Positions 10,824 through 20,261 of a stretch of DNA of 64,000 nucleotides are shown here, in pieces. The translations under genes and the position numbers were made by a program. Origin of the DNA: an uncultured archaeon. GTDB lineage: Archaea > Asgardarchaeota > Thorarchaeia > Thorarchaeales > Thorarchaeaceae. Below the pieces are notes generated by a model. That model was given only the letters and a program-made list of their open reading frames with translations, did no database searches and had not been told where the DNA came from. The first letter of the stretch is position 1, and each line of letters opens with the position of its first letter. The stretch covers positions 1-64,000 of the forward strand of contig CAZSWP010000004.1 of the NCBI GenBank assembly GCA_964610875.1, read 5' to 3'.

Positions 10824-11210
10824 ATGACTGAGATTACCTCATTCCCCTTCAACTACTTCTGTTATGTATGTGGCAACGCCATCACTATAGAGAAGGAAGT
10901 GCCAATGGCACCAAAGATAGCAAATCATGAGGTTCAATGTGAACATTGTGGTGACCAAACTAACATCCTTGTTACAAGATGCCCAGAATGCAAAGAAGGC
11001 GTAAGATACTTTTTGTCGGATTTAGATTTCAAGGAAGAAATAAGCAGGCTATCAGGCGCATATGTTAATCTCATTAAAGGAATAAAGAAGAGTCTGGAAA
11101 ATCACATTGATGAGTTCAATGTGCCACTTCCAAAGAAGTGGTCAGTGAATCTAAGCTGTAACTGTGGAAAAGAGTACACTGCTGAGATTAGGTTACCGCA
11201 ATTGGAATAG
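10824..11210 (+). CDS. Small multi-Cys Zn-binding protein
   Basis: Three CxxC motifs and one CxC. Confidence 0.7.
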   Translation: MTEITSFPFNYFCYVCGNAITIEKEVPMAPKIANHEVQCEHCGDQTNILVTRCPECKEGVRYFLSDLDFKEEISRLSGAYVNLIKGIKKSLENHIDEFNVPLPKKWSVNLSCNCGKEYTAEIRLPQLE

Positions 11211-11221
11211 AAAGATTCCAT

Positions 11222-11659
11222 CTACTTCACAATGATTTCATAGTCTATTTCTGTAGGGGTCTTCAAACTGTTTGCAATAGGGCAGGACTGATGAGCCAAA
11301 TTTATTGCTCTCTCAATCTTCGTACGATCGTCTTCATTTTTGATGAAAACTTTGAGATTCAATCTTATCTTTGTGAAACTCCAGATCCCATCATTTTCTC
11401 CCATCTCATCTTTTGAATCAATTTCTACATCTTCAAAGGATATACGCATTCTATGAGCTGCTTCGAATAGTGAAAGAATAATACAGGATGCTGATGCCGC
11501 AACAAGTAATTCTTGAGGTGAGATAACGCCTTCAGGAGCTTCAGCCCACCAATCAGGTGAAGAAGTGACTCGAATCTCCTCCAACCGCGGAAATTTCACA
11601 GAAACTAACCTGTTGCCAACTGTTTCGGAGTATGATTCATAAACATGTTCTTCTGTCAT
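11222..11659 (-). CDS. OsmC/Ohr family protein
   Basis: 'SPQELLVAASASC' and 'CPIANSL'. Confidence 0.88.
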   Translation of the reverse strand: MTEEHVYESYSETVGNRLVSVKFPRLEEIRVTSSPDWWAEAPEGVISPQELLVAASASCIILSLFEAAHRMRISFEDVEIDSKDEMGENDGIWSFTKIRLNLKVFIKNEDDRTKIERAINLAHQSCPIANSLKTPTEIDYEIIVK

Positions 11660-11890
11660 TTATAATCAAAAATATCCTACTTTTTAGACATATTAATATT
11701 CACAATTAGCTATAACTTCTGGGCATCAATTCCATAGGTAAGATATGGTATCTTGTCTGAAACTTATCCAACATGTAATTTCCCAGTTTCTACTATTCCA
11801 AAAATCATTGAATTCGATGCGAAATCTTTTCGCAACTCTCACTGTAGAGATTCAGCTTCGCCAACTTGACTAATTGATTTGACCTAACAA

Positions 11891-12385
11891 TTACAACTCA
11901 CCAAGTGGTTCAGGTTGTTGTTGTGAAACGGTTTGTAAACTTGACTCTTCTTCAACAACAATCTCATAATTGAGATATACCGGACATTTCATTGAGTTAG
12001 CAATCAAGCAATATTTGTGAGCTCGGTCGGCTACTTTCTCCATCTTCTTCCGCTCTTTTTCTGAGGGAATGCCAATGACCGCATTGAGTGTTATATGTTC
12101 GAATTCCCAACCATATTCACCCTTTTTGAGACTAGCTTCTCCAGATACATGAAAATCCGTGAATTCAGTACGGAATCTCTTCACTACACCGGGTATACTG
12201 ACTCCATAACAAGTCACTGCTGATGCAAGAAAAAGATGTTCAGGAGAGTACGTGTGATCTGGACCTTCACTCCAAAAATCGATTGGAGGAGCAGATTCTA
12301 TTGTTTCCTTGCCGTCTATTTGGATTGTCACTATCTTGTCTTTGACCCATTTACTTTCTACTTTGTATTCATGTTCCTCAGTCAT
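11891..12385 (-). CDS. OsmC/Ohr family protein (tandem paralog)
   Basis: 'SPEHLFLASAVTC' and 'CLIANSM'; both paralogs begin MTEEH. Confidence 0.88.
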   Translation of the reverse strand: MTEEHEYKVESKWVKDKIVTIQIDGKETIESAPPIDFWSEGPDHTYSPEHLFLASAVTCYGVSIPGVVKRFRTEFTDFHVSGEASLKKGEYGWEFEHITLNAVIGIPSEKERKKMEKVADRAHKYCLIANSMKCPVYLNYEIVVEEESSLQTVSQQQPEPLGEL

Positions 12386-12522
12386 TGTATCATCTCTTCT
12401 GTAAACGATGTTTTTTATGAATAATTGATTTGTGATACGTGAAATAGGCTTTATTTCATGAATTTTGCATCTCTGTGAAAGCGAGGCAAGATTTTATTAG
12501 GAAGCTTGTTGTAGAAAAAATA

Positions 12523-12646
12523 TGGTGGTCAGGTGGCTAGAAGGGCTAACTACTTCTGTAACATGCCCTCATAACTCCCCCCTCAGGAGTCAGGATTACC
12601 CTGATTTCGGGGAACTACCAGTTTGCTCTCCTGGCACTGGCCACCA
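12523..12646. ncRNA. Unclassified structured RNA candidate (~125 nt)
   Basis: GC-rich island in AT-rich intergenic DNA. TGGTGGTCAG (12523-32) pairs with CTGGCCACCA (12637-46); internal stems AGGGC/GCCCT, GGAGTCAGG/CCTGATTTC and TCCCC/GGGGA; TATA-like TTTTATTA at 12492-99. Confidence 0.55.
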
Positions 12647-12953
12647 CCCTTTCTAACTTCAGTTTTTGATTAAACAATTGAATATGATATCATCCAGACA
12701 AAGTATCCAAAATCATCAATCAATGCTTTGTTAAAAACCACTTGTCGAAGGTCATGTGTATAAGCACTAGTTGTATGAACAATGGATTGGCTCACGCGAT
12801 GGTTCGATTTTCCCTACAGCTAAACATTATAGAGTACATCAGGACCAATTTAGTTGTTGATACTCAACATCACATTTGGTCAATGCAAAAATGTTTGATC
12901 TAATGGAGTCTTTTGCCCTCTACGCAATCCAGACCCAAGCAATCCTGATTGCT

Positions 12954-13724
12954 TCATTCTCTTTTCTTGTTTATTTCGTGGAACTGCCTGCTAATCATGA
13001 AGAACAACAAGCTTGTCAGTATAAGTGCAAAGACACTAATGACAGGAGAGATCGGAAATGTCGAAATTCCAAGACCATATCGAATCAGAATCAGTGTATG
13101 TGTAAGAGGTGAAAAGAGAGAAACAACCTGACCAATCAAAGGCAGACTTTCAATAGGGATGAAAATACCACTCACGAACAACAGTGGAATTCTTACGAAA
13201 TTCATTGGCATCATGATGTTTCCCACACTCTCAGTTGGAATACTAGCAAATACGATCCCCATGGCAGCAAATGCAACGCAGGAGAGAAGAATTCCCAAGG
13301 TAAAAAGGACAAAATCAACCACCTGCAAAGAGAAGAACAGCCAACCTACAATAAAGGGCACGATAGATACGAGTAAGCCAAACACAACTCCGGCTAATGA
13401 TTTGCCAAGAATTACTGAAGTCAAAGACATTGGAGCAGAGAGGTATCTATCAAAAGTCTTCGTTCTCCGTTCTAGTGGAATTACTACAGGGCCTACTGTT
13501 GATGCAGCCCAAAACACCGTCTGTGAAAATAGAACTGGAAGCATCTGTAAAATTGTCAAATTCCGACCGACTGTGAAAGTGAAGAATAGAGCGAACGGAA
13601 ACATCACACCGAACATCAAAGTTGGTGGGGAGAGATAATAAACACGTATGTCCTTCCAACCAATAGCCCATGCTCGGGAGGCTTCTTTTCTGAGTCGAGA
13701 AATGAAATCCATGCCATCAGTCAA
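12954..13724 (-). CDS. ABC-2 type exporter permease
   Basis: 6 TM helices; 'ERRTKTFDRYLSAP', 'SGIFIP...SPLT'. Confidence 0.9.
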   Translation of the reverse strand: MTDGMDFISRLRKEASRAWAIGWKDIRVYYLSPPTLMFGVMFPFALFFTFTVGRNLTILQMLPVLFSQTVFWAASTVGPVVIPLERRTKTFDRYLSAPMSLTSVILGKSLAGVVFGLLVSIVPFIVGWLFFSLQVVDFVLFTLGILLSCVAFAAMGIVFASIPTESVGNIMMPMNFVRIPLLFVSGIFIPIESLPLIGQVVSLFSPLTHTLILIRYGLGISTFPISPVISVFALILTSLLFFMISRQFHEINKKRE

Positions 13725-13727
13725 AAC

Positions 13728-14711
13728 CTATCGCCTCCTTCCCATACCTTTCTGTTTTCCCCGAGTCTGGGACTTCCCTCTGTGTACGATCTGCTCACCC
13801 GTGAGTTCAAGGAACACATCTTCAAGAGTTGGTCCGAGTGTATTAACTGACAATATCTCAACACTTTTGCTTTGAGCCAGTGTGAAGATCTCCGAGAGAG
13901 CTAGCGGAGGATCGTAAGTATGACATCTGAATTTATCACCACGTTTCTGGAGGTCTCTAATACTAGGTAATTTCTGTAATTCGGTTTCCAATGATTCATT
14001 TGAAGTTTTGAAGGCCACTTCTATAGAATGCATTTTTTCCATTGCTTGTTTCAATTCTTCAGGAGGTCCAATCTTTCCGATCCTCCCCTGATTTATGATA
14101 GCAATCCTTGAACAGAGCTCATTTGCTTCTGCCATGTTATGCGTCGTGAGGAAGATGGTTGTACCGCTCTCATTGAGTGTACGGATCAACTGGCGGATTG
14201 TTCTTACGCTTTGAACATCTAGTGCTGTTGTAGGTTCATCAAGGAAGAGCACATCTGCGTCGTTTATCAATGCCATCGCAATAGTAAGACGTCGCTTCAT
14301 ACCACCTGAAAACTCTCGGACGTTCTCATTTTTGACTTCATAGAGCCCAAACATCTCAAGAAGTTCTTCTGCTTTCTTTTCCCGTTTCTCACGGCTAAGT
14401 CCATAGAGTTTACCAGTGAATATGAGATTTTCCCAAGCTGAGAGATCGTTATACACATTTGACAGGTCTGTGACAACTCCCATGCGCTCTTTTGCAGCAA
14501 AGGAATGAATCTCATGACCCATTATCTGAGCAGACCCCTCGGTCGGAGTCGAGATGCCAGTCAACATTCTTGTGGTTGTGGTCTTACCTGCACCATTAGG
14601 ACCCAAGAATCCGAAAATCTCTGATTCTTCAACTTCAAAGCTGATGTGGTCAACAGCTGTGAAATCTCCAAACATCTTTGTTAGACCTTTCACTGAGATA
14701 GCAGAAGTCAT
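13728..14711 (-). CDS. ABC exporter ATP-binding subunit (DrrA-like)
   Basis: 'GPNGAGKT', 'FSGGMKRR', 'FLDEPT'. Confidence 0.95.
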   Translation of the reverse strand: MTSAISVKGLTKMFGDFTAVDHISFEVEESEIFGFLGPNGAGKTTTTRMLTGISTPTEGSAQIMGHEIHSFAAKERMGVVTDLSNVYNDLSAWENLIFTGKLYGLSREKREKKAEELLEMFGLYEVKNENVREFSGGMKRRLTIAMALINDADVLFLDEPTTALDVQSVRTIRQLIRTLNESGTTIFLTTHNMAEANELCSRIAIINQGRIGKIGPPEELKQAMEKMHSIEVAFKTSNESLETELQKLPSIRDLQKRGDKFRCHTYDPPLALSEIFTLAQSKSVEILSVNTLGPTLEDVFLELTGEQIVHRGKSQTRGKQKGMGRRR

Positions 14712-14794
14712 GAGCCCTACAATTTCATATGATTAAAAAAATCTATTCATTAGGAAAGGCAGACGACTTCCGAGCGAAATCGAATATAGTCACA

Positions 14795-15600
14795 TTATTT
14801 CTTTGTAATTCGGGAAATAATATATCTCATAGGCAGTTCTATTTTTTCAAATGGATGATTATCCATTGGGAGGTGTCCTTCTAGAACATCGGTCATCATC
14901 CCTGCTTTCGAAATTAAGGTGGCAAATTCCGTTAGCGTAAATGGTGTATGAGTTTCATTCATCTCCTCCTCTTCTAAAGGACCACCAAAAGACCAAGTTT
15001 TTGTCATGAATTCGTACACATCGCGTAGAGTCATTCTGAGATGATCTTGGTCTATCTCTTCGAAAGTGAATTCACGGAAGACAAAATGCTCTCTGAAATA
15101 TCGCAGTTGTTCCAAAGTTTGTGCATTTACACGTATTTCAACCTCTGAAGTACCAGGAGAAGCATGGTCTAGTATTGCCATCGTACCATTAGGTGATAGG
15201 ATATCTCGAATACATTCCAAGGCGTGGATGAACTCCTTCTTACCGTTCATTGTAAGCTAGACACAATTCTGGACACCAGAGCATTGTCTTCCCAAAAACG
15301 GTACTGGGAATGGCTCTGTGAGGTCATGGTACGTGTCAGGTTGACCTCAGTATTCTTGTACCTTGTCTGAGTATATAACCCCCTCCTGAAACATGTCTAG
15401 GATTGTCTAGGATTTTTGGAGCTGCCAGCAACCCATGATAGAGTATATCTCATTCAAGCATTGAACTGAAATAATTGCATCATAAGATGAATCTCTGAAT
15501 GGAAAGAATGGTATGAAATATTTATCCAATATCAGGCTTGAATTCTTAGGTAAGAGATCTACAGCATCTTGAAGCATCTGTCGTCTGTATTTGTATCTCA
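14795..15600 (-). pseudogene. Degraded SAM-methyltransferase-like gene
   Basis: Fragments 'PFRDSSYDAIISVQCLNEI' and 'ALECIRDILSPNGTMAILD' separated by stops and frame breaks. Confidence 0.5.
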
Positions 15601-15611
15601 TCAAGCTACCC

Positions 15612-15770
15612 ATGTCGGATACTACTACCGACACTTCAACAACCACTCCAGAAATGCCATTCTCGATATCAATGGAGATGCTAATAATACTGGGAGGGGC
15701 AATTGGAGCAGTTATAGTGATAGCTGTAATTGTATGGTCACGTAGAAGCAGTGGATATACGCCAAAATAA
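15612..15770 (+). pseudogene. 52-aa remnant: Thr-rich linker + TM + RR surface-protein anchor
   Basis: Manual translation MSDTTTDTSTTTPEMPFSISMEMLIILGGAIGAVIVIAVIVWSRRSSGYTPK*; below the ORF-track cutoff. Confidence 0.6.
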
Positions 15771-15786
15771 AGAGAAAGATGAGAGG

Positions 15787-15808
15787 GTCCATCCAAGAGG
15801 GATGGACT
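15787..15808. terminator. Hairpin between convergent reading frames
   Basis: GTCCATCC-aagagg-GGATGGAC. Confidence 0.45.
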
Positions 15809-15817
15809 GTTCATGTT

Positions 15818-16702
15818 TTACTCTATCTTCTTACGAAGCTGACGCATCGCCTCTTTGACATCATCTTCAGAAACTTCTTCCTCTGCGAGTTCAACAGTTT
15901 CAACACCCGATGAACTAGTAGATGGAGCGTGCCTAACAGCCCGTTTAGAGAGACCTTTCAATCTGAGTGTTGTTGCAATTTCAGATATCTTTGACTCTGA
16001 GAGATCTTCTTCAGATATGTCATCCATACTCGCACCTAGTTCTTCAAGAATCGATTTCTGAATCGCGAGTTTATCGATTTCCTCAACAGCAATACCGGTT
16101 ATCAACTGTACAAGTAAATCCGCTTTTGTGAGGGGGAAGAACCTTCCTTTCGTGACTTCAGCGATTTTTTCGTATGTCTTGACTGCATTCTGATAGTTAG
16201 CAATCTCTGGAAAACAACCTACTGTGTGAATCACCTTCCCACTGTGATACGCTTTCTTAATCTCTTCTTCCCACTTCATTCCATCAGGCGTACCATCAGG
16301 CCAACTATCATTAGGTTCAACGCCATGTGGTGGAGCATCACCAATGAGGACCATCACTTTTGCAGCATCGTTTAGAAATTCCATTCTATTCGCCACATTG
16401 AGGGCTGTTGATACTGCTTCAGGCCCATCTCCCCCACCGCTAGCTCGCATCTGACGTACATTCTCTTCAATCATGTGCGTTTCAGGAGTGAGCTCAAATT
16501 TCTGTGTGACATAAGAGGTCTCTTGAGGTGGATGGTCTCGGTATGAAACTAAACCAACTCGTAGTCTATGACATAACTCCTCTTTCTTAATTGTTCTAAT
16601 GATCTCCAATATCTTCTGTTTGGTTACTTCAATATATGGACCCATTGACCCTGTGTTATCAACTATGAAAACTAAATCTAACTGACCTAATCTTTCTGAC
16701 AA
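15818..16702 (-). CDS. von Willebrand factor A domain protein
   Basis: MIDAS-like 'DLVFIVDNTGSM', 'SYRDH', 'GGGDGPEA', 'IGDAPPH'. Confidence 0.9.
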   Translation of the reverse strand: MSERLGQLDLVFIVDNTGSMGPYIEVTKQKILEIIRTIKKEELCHRLRVGLVSYRDHPPQETSYVTQKFELTPETHMIEENVRQMRASGGGDGPEAVSTALNVANRMEFLNDAAKVMVLIGDAPPHGVEPNDSWPDGTPDGMKWEEEIKKAYHSGKVIHTVGCFPEIANYQNAVKTYEKIAEVTKGRFFPLTKADLLVQLITGIAVEEIDKLAIQKSILEELGASMDDISEEDLSESKISEIATTLRLKGLSKRAVRHAPSTSSSGVETVELAEEEVSEDDVKEAMRQLRKKIE

Positions 16703-16804
16703 ATCCTCACCTCATATTTTCTGGCACTGTTACATCTTGTAAGAAAATAAGTGTATGTCGAGGATAGGAAAACCTTTGTGTTGGATACTAAGTTCATTTG
16801 AGAA

Positions 16805-17500
16805 GTGGGAATCATGAGATTCAAAGAGAGTGAATACTTCGACTATATTCTTGTACATATCATCTTCAGTATCATAACAACAGTACTGCTTTTGTTGCCT
16901 GTTGAAGCTGCGATTGGACTTCGCCTACTAATTGTTGTTATTGCATATAACGTGCTAATACCAGTCTGGGCAATCTACAGAAAACAGGAAAACTGGCTCA
17001 AAATCTGGTTGTTTGTCATTCCAATTAGCATCATCTTCATATTCCCCGATTGGTTTCTTGCTTCTGTACTGCAAGTCCTCGTATTTCCGAATGATGGTTT
17101 TCCAATGATTGGCGAAGTTCCCATCTATATGGCAGGTCTCTGGGCGATACCATTCTTCAACATTCTCTATATTGGTTCAGAAGTTCAAAACAGATACTCA
17201 ACAAGACATGCATACCTGATGGTTGCAATAGTATCTTTGTTGATATTCATCCTCTCAGAAGAGACCCTGTGGATGTTACCCTCCTGGTCAGCACAGAATG
17301 TGGTGATGATTGGGCATGTAGCGGCATACATCATTATTCCTGAGCTAATACTAGGTCTCTCGTTATTCTTTGCATACAATGACGTGAGAATGACAAGTAT
17401 TTGGCAAAAACTAGTTGCAGCCTTTGTGATTATGGTCTTCTATATTGGTAATGCTGCATTCTTTTACTTCGTTATTGAAAGACTCATTCTAGCAGGATGA
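16805..17500 (+). CDS. Multi-pass membrane protein (DUF6989-like)
   Basis: About 7 TM helices; 'PDWFL..VLVFP.DG.P.IG..P.YMAGLW.IP'. Confidence 0.7.
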   Translation: MGIMRFKESEYFDYILVHIIFSIITTVLLLLPVEAAIGLRLLIVVIAYNVLIPVWAIYRKQENWLKIWLFVIPISIIFIFPDWFLASVLQVLVFPNDGFPMIGEVPIYMAGLWAIPFFNILYIGSEVQNRYSTRHAYLMVAIVSLLIFILSEETLWMLPSWSAQNVVMIGHVAAYIIIPELILGLSLFFAYNDVRMTSIWQKLVAAFVIMVFYIGNAAFFYFVIERLILAG

Positions 17501-17734
17501 TCTAGCCAATAGAATTTGAATTTCATTTCAACCAGTACTCTTTCCATATCAATTTGATAGTTAGGAATAACATGGTCAGCATAACTGCAAGGAATACTAT
17601 TAGGGTTTCAACAGGATATATCATTATTTCACCATCTGGCCTTTTCTTGAACTACTAATCACCGATATGTTATATGTAGAGAATGCATAATATTATTCGT
17701 CATATGCAGCATATGAGAGTAAATGTAACTGCGC

Positions 17735-19405
17735 TTACTCTCGATAGTGATTCACTATAGGCATCTTCCAACCCATTCCAAAAGCCTTCTTGGTGATTCT
17801 GATACAAGGGGGAGCCTGCCATCGTTTATACTCGGCGTTCCTTACCCGACTGTAGACATCTTCAACGATATCAGGCGGGTAGCCTTTGTCTAGCAGCTCT
17901 TGTTTTCCTAATCTGTTTTCAACAATGTCATCCACCATAGGAGATACAATATCAAAATCAAATGGATCATATTGATCTTCCTTCAGCTCAGCAGAGGGTG
18001 GTTTCTCAATTGAACTGCGAGGAATCACGTCCCTTCCTTTTCTTCGATTGATGTATTCAGCAAGTGCATATACATCGAGTTTACTCACATCACCGATGAC
18101 TCCGACCCCTCCTGTCATATCGCCATATAGCGTGCAATATCCTAAGGCAAGTTCAGTCTTATTGCCTGTATTCAATACAAGTATCTTCAAATCTTTGAAT
18201 CGATTAGAAAAGTCCATCAAACTGTTGCCACGTACTCGTGGCTGTATGTTCTCATCAGCAACAGAGTCATCTGATGATTCATCTATTCCGAAATGAACCC
18301 TAATCATGTCTTGTGGTTCATCTAGTACACGCTCATAAGTATCAACAATCGCCTGGATTGGAAACTTGACATAGAGAACCCCTAGATTGTTAGCTAATTC
18401 TTCAGCATCTGTTTTACTATGAACACTTGAGAAACGGGATGGCATAGACACACCAATGAGATTCTCTGCACCTAAGGCATCAGCCGCAATACACGCAGTC
18501 ACTGCTGAATCAATCCCTCCACTGAGTCCGAGTACTGCACGCTTGAAACCTGTTTTTTTGAAGTAATCTCTTATTCCAAGTACTAGTGCGTTGTACATCT
18601 CCTCAAATTCGTTGTAAATTGGTGGAAGAACATGGGATGCAGTACCATTCTCAAGGTCAAGATCGACAACGACAAGGGATTCTCTAAATTGCGGACCATA
18701 AGCAATCATATTGCCTTGACCATCAGCCCCTAGACTCTGCCCATCAAAGACAAGCTCATCTTGGCCTCCAACAAGATTGACTAGAAACACAGGGACCCCA
18801 TTCTTCTTTGCTTTCTCTTTAACAAGGGTTTCTCGTTCGTATCGTTTTGCAATATGAAATGGTGATGACGAGATATTCACAATGATATTGGCACCCATAG
18901 AGCAGAGTGTGTCTGTCACTTTCAAATCGTACTCTTCGTCCCAGAGGTCTTCACATATTTCAACACCTAGCTTGAACTCAAATTCAGCAACCTTCACAGC
19001 AATCGGTGCTAACTCGCTCTCTCTTCCAGGCTGAAAATACCTAGCTTCATCAAAAACATCGTAAGTTGGTAACAGTGTCTTATGAACCACATGTACTAAT
19101 TTTCCATTCTCAAAGATAGCAGCTGAATTATAGAGCCTCCATTTTTCATCATGATCTACAAATCCGATGATTACAACCACATCTTTTGTATGTGACTCAA
19201 TCTCGCGTAGTGCATCCTTGTTTCTCCGAACGAATGCTTTTTCGTAAAGCAGGTCTTGAGGTGGGTACCCAGTAACTACCATCTCTGGAAATGCAAGTAG
19301 TTGAATACCACTCCTTTTAGCCTCGTCTATTCGCTTAATTACCATCTCGATGTTTCCGGAGAAATCCCCAACAGTCGGATTAACTTGAGCGAGCGCGAGT
19401 TTCAT
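17735..19405 (-). CDS. nadE: Glutamine-dependent NAD+ synthetase
   Basis: Nitrilase domain ('FPE', 'KTLLP.Y..FDE', 'ICEDLW') plus 'LSGGIDS', 'TGNKTE', 'PPSAEL'. Confidence 0.96.
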   Translation of the reverse strand: MKLALAQVNPTVGDFSGNIEMVIKRIDEAKRSGIQLLAFPEMVVTGYPPQDLLYEKAFVRRNKDALREIESHTKDVVVIIGFVDHDEKWRLYNSAAIFENGKLVHVVHKTLLPTYDVFDEARYFQPGRESELAPIAVKVAEFEFKLGVEICEDLWDEEYDLKVTDTLCSMGANIIVNISSSPFHIAKRYERETLVKEKAKKNGVPVFLVNLVGGQDELVFDGQSLGADGQGNMIAYGPQFRESLVVVDLDLENGTASHVLPPIYNEFEEMYNALVLGIRDYFKKTGFKRAVLGLSGGIDSAVTACIAADALGAENLIGVSMPSRFSSVHSKTDAEELANNLGVLYVKFPIQAIVDTYERVLDEPQDMIRVHFGIDESSDDSVADENIQPRVRGNSLMDFSNRFKDLKILVLNTGNKTELALGYCTLYGDMTGGVGVIGDVSKLDVYALAEYINRRKGRDVIPRSSIEKPPSAELKEDQYDPFDFDIVSPMVDDIVENRLGKQELLDKGYPPDIVEDVYSRVRNAEYKRWQAPPCIRITKKAFGMGWKMPIVNHYRE

Positions 19406-19521
19406 TGTTTCTCACCTTTTCTTCTGAGATGAATCCGAGTAAAGTCTTTTGTGAAAAGGGCTACAGGCAATACTTCCGGAAATCTTATACTCGCTGGCAA
19501 TTATCGCCACAATTCTGGATA

Positions 19522-20157
19522 TTATTGCTTTTCGGCGAAGATGTCCTTTAGAAGTTTCACTGCTCTCCTGTAATCATCTAGACTAGTGGTAATCAGTTCA
19601 TCATCTTCAGTTCTTGATTCAACACATATTAATCGAAATATCTCTTTGTATTGTGAGATTGTTGCAGGTAGTCCGTGAAGATGAAGTAAAGACTCAGAAG
19701 CATGGTTTCTAACAAGATAGTCAGGATCAAGAACTGCATCAAAGAGGGCAGGTATGACGTCAGGCGTGGTGTAATATCGAAGTTTCATTGCAGCAACAAG
19801 GCGGTCATAAGGACTTCCAGCCTGTTGAAGGACCTTGATAATATACGGAACATACTCGGTCGTGTTTTCAATCTTGTTTAGTGCAATGGCGATTTCTATC
19901 AATTGTCTAGGAAAAGCATCTGTCAATTTCTCTTTGAGATGAGGTAGTGCTTTCACAGAACCCATCTCGCCAAGACCCATTGGAGCCCAATAACTCCCTT
20001 CATTCATGGAATCAATCAACATCTGTTCGCCTTTTTCACGTTCCTCTCCCTCCAATTGAGCCGCACTAGTGGGGTTAATCCCATCGTGCCACATCATATA
20101 CGGATCCCCAAAGAAGTTTTCCATAAAATAATCCCATGCTCTACTAGGCATCATCAT
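19522..20157 (-). CDS. HEAT-repeat protein
   Basis: 'IPALFDAVLDPDYLVRNHASESL'-type repeats. Confidence 0.75.
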   Translation of the reverse strand: MMMPSRAWDYFMENFFGDPYMMWHDGINPTSAAQLEGEEREKGEQMLIDSMNEGSYWAPMGLGEMGSVKALPHLKEKLTDAFPRQLIEIAIALNKIENTTEYVPYIIKVLQQAGSPYDRLVAAMKLRYYTTPDVIPALFDAVLDPDYLVRNHASESLLHLHGLPATISQYKEIFRLICVESRTEDDELITTSLDDYRRAVKLLKDIFAEKQ

Positions 20158-20261
20158 TCACCTTGAATTATCATGACCACATTTAATCTAAAACATTGAG
20201 TGCATGTATAGAAAACTGGTACCGATTCCCATATTTTCATTGTATAGAAATCAGTTACCAC

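Noticed and set aside
12523-12646. tRNA/tRNA-Sec, TPP riboswitch or RNase P RNA
   Set aside because: No TTCRA T-loop, no CUGAGA motif, and too short and lacking the core motifs of RNase P RNA
15407-15814. 135-aa minus-strand ORF as a real gene
   Set aside because: Its N-terminal half is the antisense of the + strand anchor remnant and its C-terminal half is a methyltransferase fragment
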